This document shows, one piece after another, positions 58,162 to 64,000 of a DNA stretch of 64,000 nt. The notes below the pieces were generated by a model. It made no database searches, had not been told where the DNA came from, and saw only the letters and a list, made by a program, of their open reading frames with translations. Each line of letters begins with the position of its first letter. Position 1 is the stretch's first letter. The position numbers were made by a program, and so were the translations under genes. The stretch comes from an uncultured virus (IMG/VR IMGVR_UViG_3300029787_000017) (Duplodnaviria > Heunggongvirae > Uroviricota > Caudoviricetes): positions 1 through 64,000 of the IMG/VR virus record IMGVR_UViG_3300029787_000017. One strand, 5' to 3'.

Positions 58162-58915
58162 CCTTAAGCTCTTCTACCTTCTTGTTTACCTCTTCTACAG
58201 TGCAGTATTCAGGACAAGCACCTTTATAAGCACACCAGTTACAGAACTCATTCCTGCTGGGTTTAAGGTCTTCCTTCTTAGCTTTACGGATCTTCCAGAC
58301 ATGATCTACAATGTTCCGTAAATGCTGATTGATCTGAGGAACCGAGTACTGGACAGTTACCAGGTTATTGGTCAAAGGATAGTAATGAGCAGCAACGATC
58401 TTATCGTAGGTAACATTGTATAGTTTAGCGATAGCATAAACATAGCCCTTTAACTGGCTATCTTGGTAAAGCTCTACTTTTGATTTTTCTCTCTTAGAGG
58501 TCTTATAATCAATAACAAGGTACCCACCGTCAGTTCCCTTCACTACACGGTCAATAATACCATTTAGCGTAATATCGTCTTTTATAGGAACTTCGAAGAC
58601 TTGCTCTGTCGAGACGGTTTCCGACAGGTTAGCATTAAATTTCAGGAAATTCTCTACACAGGTAATATCCTTGCCTGTGTACTTTTTACTGATTTTGTAT
58701 GTGCCTTTGGTCTCTTCGGCAATTTTAAGGAGTTCGTCCTTTGTCGTAGCGTTTACCCCATCTTCAAGGACTTTGTGGATATAGGACCCAAAGTGAAGGG
58801 CTTCAGTGTTAGCCTCAGAGGGCTCAGGGAGTCTTTCAACGTACCGATAACGATATTTCAGGCCACATTGGCGAAAAGTCTGGTACTTCGACTCTGATAT
58901 AGTAGATATGAACAT
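58145..58915 (-). CDS. Cas4/AddB-like PD-(D/E)XK exonuclease with putative 4Fe-4S ligands
   Basis: QC.LKY, GSYIHKVLE, GIIDRV, IDYKT, QLKGY, CNWC.....C. Confidence 0.85.
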   Translation of the reverse strand: MFISTISESKYQTFRQCGLKYRYRYVERLPEPSEANTEALHFGSYIHKVLEDGVNATTKDELLKIAEETKGTYKISKKYTGKDITCVENFLKFNANLSETVSTEQVFEVPIKDDITLNGIIDRVVKGTDGGYLVIDYKTSKREKSKVELYQDSQLKGYVYAIAKLYNVTYDKIVAAHYYPLTNNLVTVQYSVPQINQHLRNIVDHVWKIRKAKKEDLKPSRNEFCNWCAYKGACPEYCTVEEVNKKVEELKAKKKS

Positions 58916-59900
58916 TTTGTCACCTCAATACATTAAAGACTATCTTCTTGAGAATTTTGGAGATAGTGGGAAACTGTCGGCTAGTCAGGCAGAATTCATC
59001 ATGCCCTCCTTATTTACTAAGGATGACTGGAAAAGACACATGAGTGTTAATGTAGACACAGGGCTGTGGCAATGCTTCAAAACAGGCAAAAAGGGTAATT
59101 TCATATCTCTATACGCAGAAGCGGAGGATATCACCTACCATAAAGCTCAGACCGATCTTATTATAAAAAACTTTGGATTTTTAGGAACTGAGCCTCTCAA
59201 GCCTGTAAAAGAAGTAAAACGCAAAAGCGCAGAGATTGACGCTTCTTCTTTGATACCCGTCAGTATTGAATCAGCATACAGTGAAAACCCCGCAGTTGCT
59301 TCTGCTTGGTCTTTTGTCTTTGGCAGGAAGCTTTTCAACGAGGTTGATTTAGAAGAAGAGCCTTACTATCTTTGCACAGAGGGAAGGTTCGCAGGTAGGT
59401 TGATCATCCCGTTCCGAAAGGATAATAATGTTTATTACTTCCAAGCCAGAGCTTTGAATGGCGAGGAGCCTAAGTATCTCAACCCTGCCTCTGAAGGCGC
59501 TGTACGCTCCTCTGACGTTGTTTATCCTTTCAACGAGTCAGAAGACTATGTAGTGGTCTGTGAAGGCCCCCTGGACGCTGTGGCACTTCAGAGGCAAGGC
59601 GTGAATGCTACCTGTACTATCGGAAGCACTTGCTCTCGCGCACAAGCCGAAATCCTCTGCGAGTTCGGTGGGAAAGTTATCCTAGGGTATGATAATGATG
59701 CCGCTGGAGAGAAAGGAATTAAGCGTTTCGATCAACTCAGAAAAGAATTGAGGATGGCAAGCTTTGAGGTTTGCCCACCACCCTCAGGATACAAAGATTG
59801 GAACGATGCTCATATTGATGGGTTTGATCTGTTTAGTTGGATTACAGAAAAAACCCAGACATATGATTTTGAGTACTTGGTTAGATCGTTACTAGAGTAG
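58908..59900 (+). CDS. DNA primase (DnaG-type TOPRIM)
   Basis: WQCF..GKKGN, RLIIP, FQAR, PKYLNP, VCEGPLDA, YDNDAAG, KDWND. Confidence 0.92.
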   Translation: MNILSPQYIKDYLLENFGDSGKLSASQAEFIMPSLFTKDDWKRHMSVNVDTGLWQCFKTGKKGNFISLYAEAEDITYHKAQTDLIIKNFGFLGTEPLKPVKEVKRKSAEIDASSLIPVSIESAYSENPAVASAWSFVFGRKLFNEVDLEEEPYYLCTEGRFAGRLIIPFRKDNNVYYFQARALNGEEPKYLNPASEGAVRSSDVVYPFNESEDYVVVCEGPLDAVALQRQGVNATCTIGSTCSRAQAEILCEFGGKVILGYDNDAAGEKGIKRFDQLRKELRMASFEVCPPPSGYKDWNDAHIDGFDLFSWITEKTQTYDFEYLVRSLLE

Positions 59901-60480
59901 GATCGAAGAACTCTAAGCTCGCAGCGCAGTCTTGAATTACTCTTTGGAAATCAGTTGCAAACGTAGCCGAACTGTCAAACGCAGAACTGTATAGATATGC
60001 ACCAGGTATTCTAGATGTTTCTGTATTACCTTCCGACTGGTCAACACTCTGTTTGGGATCAGATGCTAAAGCCTTTCTTCGATAATAACCCGCAGTCGCT
60101 GTCCAGAAGGTTCCCGAAACACCGAAGCCTCCAAAAGATTCATCTGATGCATAGTCTATATCCATTGCAGATGCTGCTCCACTACAGAAAGAAGCCCTAA
60201 CAACTCTGTCATCCGTAGCTCCCCACCAATTGACATCGCAATAAGAGTATTCAATAGAAGGGCAGCCTGACGCGATATTACTAGCACCTATGGTGGGTGT
60301 TGGATTATAAACCCAATATCTTTGCCACATGCCTCCCATGACCTGCAAGTGAAGAGACCAATCTGCAAACTCGCAAGATGAGCTATCACCTGAAGATTGT
60401 AAAGATTGTGTTCCTGGCAGGAAAACGGAACCTCCTGTGGCGTTACTAATTAATGATCGTTGTGCTGGTACCTGTGGCAT
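59881..60480 (-). CDS. Hypothetical protein (possibly structural)
   Basis: 199-aa Ser/Gly/Ala-rich ORF with GAGG SD. Confidence 0.65.
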   Translation of the reverse strand: MPQVPAQRSLISNATGGSVFLPGTQSLQSSGDSSSCEFADWSLHLQVMGGMWQRYWVYNPTPTIGASNIASGCPSIEYSYCDVNWWGATDDRVVRASFCSGAASAMDIDYASDESFGGFGVSGTFWTATAGYYRRKALASDPKQSVDQSEGNTETSRIPGAYLYSSAFDSSATFATDFQRVIQDCAASLEFFDPTLVTI

Positions 60481-60542
60481 AAAAAAAGTCCTCTAAACTA
60501 TGTACTAATTAGAGAACTTTTTTTGTGTATTCTTTTCTTTAA

Positions 60543-61548
60543 TTATTTTAATTCAAAAAAGAACGGACCTTGTACATAGTTCTGATCAAGGATGGTGTAA
60601 GCGCAGGTAAGAGCGTAAGTTCCTGTAACACCTCCTAAGGTAGCTGCATTTGCCGCAGTAGAAATAACCTGAGTGTTGAGAGCATACAGCATGGTGTTAT
60701 CGGAAGTAATAGTAATCAAGCCTGATGTGTCAGAGTAGTCTAGAATCGTAACCCTAGAAGGGAGGTTTACGGTTCCTTCATTAATTTTCTGAAGCTTAAA
60801 CTGTGCGTTCCTAATAGCAGACTGTTCAAGTATTGCTTTAGTGGCAGGTTCTAGGCTCCTANNNNNNNNNNTCTGTGGTGACCTTTAAATCAGTTTGAGA
60901 TCCAAGATTTACATGTTTGTTTACAAGACGATTAGTAGATGTAAAGATAACAGGCTCTGTGATTGTTTGGAATACATCGTTGTAAAGTGAGAACCCATTT
61001 ATCATATCCTGATAATTAGAATTTTGAGCAAACTTTACAGTCCATACATCAATATATGCCTGTACAGCAGAAGCTCCGTTTTGAACCTCAACAGAACTGC
61101 TATTTAAATAATAAGCACCTGAAAGGTCTACAGTCCCATCAAGCACACATAAATAATCACCAATACCAAGTCTTAAAACTCCACTTGCCTCAGGTGAGGG
61201 AACGTATGCAGGGAACCAAGTTGTATCGCTTAAGTAATTCGAAGTTACGCGAGGAGCCCCCGTGCCTTCTGTGGCCCCATCGTGAGGTATACCTGCCTCA
61301 GGATTACCAGAGACTCCGTAAGACATCTTAATCTTACTAGCCTCAATATCAGACTTTAGAAGCCCAGTAGTGCCGTCAATCAAACTTGCAGGAGTTAGAT
61401 TATCTTCTTTAGAGAAAATAGTTACCGCACTAACGTCATAAGGGTCAACATACTCACCTCCATTTAAAAAGAAAGTTCGCAGAGCCACCTTCTGCGTAAC
61501 ACTTGGTCTGTTGTACCTCTCAGCTAAATCATTACCGTTTAATTGCAT
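60543..61548 (-). CDS. Hypothetical probable virion protein spanning the assembly gap
   Basis: Track ORF runs into the N gap; beyond it an open frame SLEPATKAILEQ...GPFFFELK* ends at 60543 with no start of its own. Confidence 0.65.
60862..60871. other. Assembly gap (10 N)
   Basis: nnnnnnnnnn in the sequence. Confidence 1.
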
Positions 61549-61717
61549 CGTTTTGTCTCTCTATATCTTCTTTCATTAGGTTAAGGAACACACTTCTTTC
61601 AGATCGAGTCATCCCCTTAACATCGGAATATGAGAAATATCCCTTGTTTACTAATATATAGGCTTCTTGAAGAAGAGAATCAATATCAATAATCGCTTCT
61701 AGTTCACATCGAAAAAA
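61532..61717 (-). CDS. C-terminal extension of the tail/baseplate assembly chaperone, probably reached by -1 frameshift
   Basis: SLLQEAYILV..YFSYSDVKGMTRSER..FL chaperone-extension pattern; no ATG/GTG/TTG between the slippery site and the conserved part. Confidence 0.7.
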   Translation of the reverse strand, partial: FFRCELEAIIDIDSLLQEAYILVNKGYFSYSDVKGMTRSERSVFLNLMKEDIERQNDAIKR

Positions 61718-62442
61718 TTTGAGTCGATAGGCAACTCCACCACGGACTGTACTCCACAGCCAGCACAATCAAATTTAACCTTAGTATCTACACCGTAGTC
61801 TGCCTTCATAGCCTTTAAGATCACTCTCATGTCCTTAATTGGCAATTTTTTAAGAACAGACGATATAATTTGTTTATCTCTATGTCCATCAAGCTCAACC
61901 ACAAATCTCCAAATATTAGCAAGAGATTCTTCTGTAGTTTTCATAAACTTTTCATCAACTAATCTAGGCAATCGAACTTTTGCTTCTTTTCCAAGAGATG
62001 GTAGTAACACATCAACAGGATCTGTAAAATCATCAGGAACAGGGTTTACGTTAAGTTTAGATAATTTAACTACTGTAGGGTTCTCATGCTTACAGTGAGG
62101 ACAAATTAACATTGTATGATAATCATCTCCATATGAAATCTCCCGTAGCTTCATAATTAGATAAAGTTTATCCATAGGCAAAAGCTCACCTACGTTAATA
62201 TTAGTGCAGCATCGAGTTAAGATAATGTTAATTGGATCTTGGCCCTGAGGAGAAGTAATAAGAGATTTCTCATCTTCAAAGGTCATGGGTCTCATAGTTA
62301 TCAAGCCCAAGGGATCTGGTAAACTGTACACCCTGTTCTCTGAAGGAAGACTAACCTCAACGGCGGTCTCAGGGGGTAGATTCTTTAATAGTTCATCAAT
62401 AATATTCTGCTTACTAGCGTGATCAGGTGCGATAGGTTCCAT
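61699..62442 (-). CDS. Baseplate hub / tail assembly chaperone (T4 gp26-like)
   Basis: LPSE..Y, RPMTFEDEK, DKLYLIMKLREISYG, CPHC and CAGC, LPIDSNFF; AGGAG SD. Confidence 0.85.
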   Translation of the reverse strand: MEPIAPDHASKQNIIDELLKNLPPETAVEVSLPSENRVYSLPDPLGLITMRPMTFEDEKSLITSPQGQDPINIILTRCCTNINVGELLPMDKLYLIMKLREISYGDDYHTMLICPHCKHENPTVVKLSKLNVNPVPDDFTDPVDVLLPSLGKEAKVRLPRLVDEKFMKTTEESLANIWRFVVELDGHRDKQIISSVLKKLPIKDMRVILKAMKADYGVDTKVKFDCAGCGVQSVVELPIDSNFFDVN

Positions 62443-62472
62443 AGTTATTTCTCCTATACTATAATAGTGTAG

Positions 62473-63843
62473 ATGAAAATATATGTAAAAAATTTAAAAT
62501 CTAGACTAGAGACTGATAATCCTGATCTGATGAAGGCACTGTACGAACTTTATTCTTTTAAGATCCCAGGCGCAGAATACTCTGGAGCTTACAAACGACG
62601 GCAGTGGGATGGAAAATCTCATTTCCTTACTCGTGACGGTAAATTTTCATCAGGGTTATTACCTAGGATTCTAGCTGATTTAAAAAAGATTGATTGTGAG
62701 CCAGAGGTGATAACAGAATCATCTAAAGAAATCAAACTAAATTTAGACTACGATATTGAAGGATTCAATTACTATGTGTATCAAGAAAACTTGATTATTG
62801 ACGCTTTAAAACATAAACGAGGCATAGTTAAGTCCCCTACAGGCTCAGGCAAAACTCTAATCATGGCTGGGTTGATCAAGGCTTTAGAGGGTAGGAAGAT
62901 GGTAATCCTCTTCAATGCAAAACAGCTACTAACACAGACGTATGATTTTCTAACTAAAACTTGTGGAATGGATAACATCGGTCTTTGTTTTGGTGAAGGT
63001 TATATTTATGGAGACATTATGCTTTGCACTGTTCAAAGTATTGAAAAAGTACTAGACACTCATTTAGAAGAAGCAGAAGTTTTAATGGTAGATGAGTGTC
63101 ATGAGTTCGGTAATGGAAAGACCACCTTAGCCGCTCTCAATAGCTTCCCTAAGGCAGTGTACAGGCTTGGCTTCACCGCTACGCCTCCCAGGGACAACAT
63201 TCCACGTTATAACCTAGAGGGAGCCTTAGGAAGCGTTATAGAGGCTGTGAACACTGCCGAGTTAGTGGAAGAAGGTAAACTTACTAAACCATACATTCAG
63301 CTAATTAATCGGGCATATTCTGCCAGTGGAGCCGACGAAGATATGGGATACCTAGACGTATATGATGAATACATAGTCTATAATGAAGAAAGAAATAATC
63401 AAATAAAGGAGATTGTAAATGACATCAAAAGTAAAAACAAAACAGCCCGTATACTTGTACTTACCAAATCACTTGATCATGGAAGAGCCTTGGAAGACCT
63501 ACTTGGGGGCAATTGTGAATTCCTCCAAGGGTGCGATTCAGTCGGAGAAAGGTATGAGGCTATATCTAGATTCCGAGGATGTAGAGAACCTAGCATCCTC
63601 ATTGGCACTAAAATCCTCCAAACAGGGGTTAACATTGAAGAAATAACTCATTTCATCAATGCTAGAGGTATGAAATCTGAAATTGCTACATTACAAGCAT
63701 TAGGTCGCGCACTGCGAACCCACGAATCTAAAGATAAAGTATATGTATATGATTTTCTAGATAAAGAAAAGTATCTCCGAGAACACTCCCTTTCTAGAAA
63801 GAGACACTACGAAAGAGAAGGTCACGAGGTTATAGTATGTTAA
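62473..63843 (+). CDS. uvsW: SF2 DNA helicase (T4 UvsW-like)
   Basis: WDGK, SPTGSGKT, VDECH, GFTATP, TGVNI, QALGRALR. Confidence 0.92.
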   Translation: MKIYVKNLKSRLETDNPDLMKALYELYSFKIPGAEYSGAYKRRQWDGKSHFLTRDGKFSSGLLPRILADLKKIDCEPEVITESSKEIKLNLDYDIEGFNYYVYQENLIIDALKHKRGIVKSPTGSGKTLIMAGLIKALEGRKMVILFNAKQLLTQTYDFLTKTCGMDNIGLCFGEGYIYGDIMLCTVQSIEKVLDTHLEEAEVLMVDECHEFGNGKTTLAALNSFPKAVYRLGFTATPPRDNIPRYNLEGALGSVIEAVNTAELVEEGKLTKPYIQLINRAYSASGADEDMGYLDVYDEYIVYNEERNNQIKEIVNDIKSKNKTARILVLTKSLDHGRALEDLLGGNCEFLQGCDSVGERYEAISRFRGCREPSILIGTKILQTGVNIEEITHFINARGMKSEIATLQALGRALRTHESKDKVYVYDFLDKEKYLREHSLSRKRHYEREGHEVIVC

Positions 63844-64000
63844 AAATTATTGATAACTTTTATCAAAATACAGATCTCCTAGATGATCTTTATAGATTTT
63901 TTTACTACGCAGGAACGTGGCAGTTCGATTACTTCTCACATAAATACGTTTGGAAAGAAAAACAATCTACAAAAACGGAAGAACAAGTCTGCACACTGAT
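63837..64000 (+). CDS. Partial ORF running off the window, possibly a 2OG-Fe(II) oxygenase
   Basis: MLKIIDNFYQNTDLLDDLY... overlaps the helicase stop; IIDNF start is typical of phage 2OG-Fe(II) oxygenases; catalytic motifs not visible. Confidence 0.45.
   Translation, partial: MLKIIDNFYQNTDLLDDLYRFFYYAGTWQFDYFSHKYVWKEKQSTKTEEQVCTL

Noticed and set aside
58145..58915. Cas4-like gene as evidence of a CRISPR-Cas system
   Set aside because: No other cas genes and no repeat-spacer array; solo Cas4-like nucleases are common in phage replication modules.
60859..60871. Stop at 60859 ending the 229-aa ORF, or a pseudogene
   Set aside because: Artefact of the 10-N gap of unknown true length; an open frame continues to 60543.
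363..63646. Numerous 60-170 aa track ORFs nested in or antisense to the long genes
   Set aside because: They overlap well-supported genes, lack start signals and show no recognisable motifs.
1..64000. Alternative genetic code (stop-codon reassignment)
   Set aside because: Long genes are intact in the standard code, and TAA, TAG and TGA all occur as ends of tightly coupled genes.
1..64000. tRNA, rRNA, integrase or transposase genes
   Set aside because: Intergenic gaps are very short and I saw no cloverleaf or recombinase/transposase motifs; a tRNAscan run would be needed to be certain.

Overview
A 64 kb segment of a large tailed-phage genome with a contractile tail and T4-like architecture, probably a metagenomic scaffold (10-N gap at 60862-60871). 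The host is probably diderm, judging by a lipoprotein and a Skp/OmpH-like gene. About 13.9-57.8 kb (minus strand) is a near-complete T4-type morphogenesis block: tape measure, baseplate, fibres, prohead protease/scaffold/major capsid, neck, PAAR, sheath and tube. Portal and terminase were not recognised. The block is flanked by replication and metabolism genes: class II RNR, gp46/47 (Rad50/Mre11), gp55-like sigma, resolvase, primase, Cas4-like nuclease, UvsW helicase and a 7Fe ferredoxin. Notable observations: (1) a family A DNA polymerase split into three genes, with one break inside the proofreading exonuclease and an opposite-strand lipoprotein gene (u-spanin-like topology) in that break; (2) a palindromic TATWATA element at the tiny divergent gene junctions, consistent with bidirectional and partly leaderless transcription; (3) a T TTT TTC slippery site that would fuse the gp26-like tail chaperone to a downstream ORF lacking a plausible start; (4) a 2137-aa Cys/Pro/Thr/Gly-rich modular protein; (5) exact 50-bp-period repeats at the left end; (6) a Skp-like + ferredoxin cassette bracketed by two paralogous unannotated membrane micropeptides. 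All calls come from manual motif and synteny reading; no searches were run.
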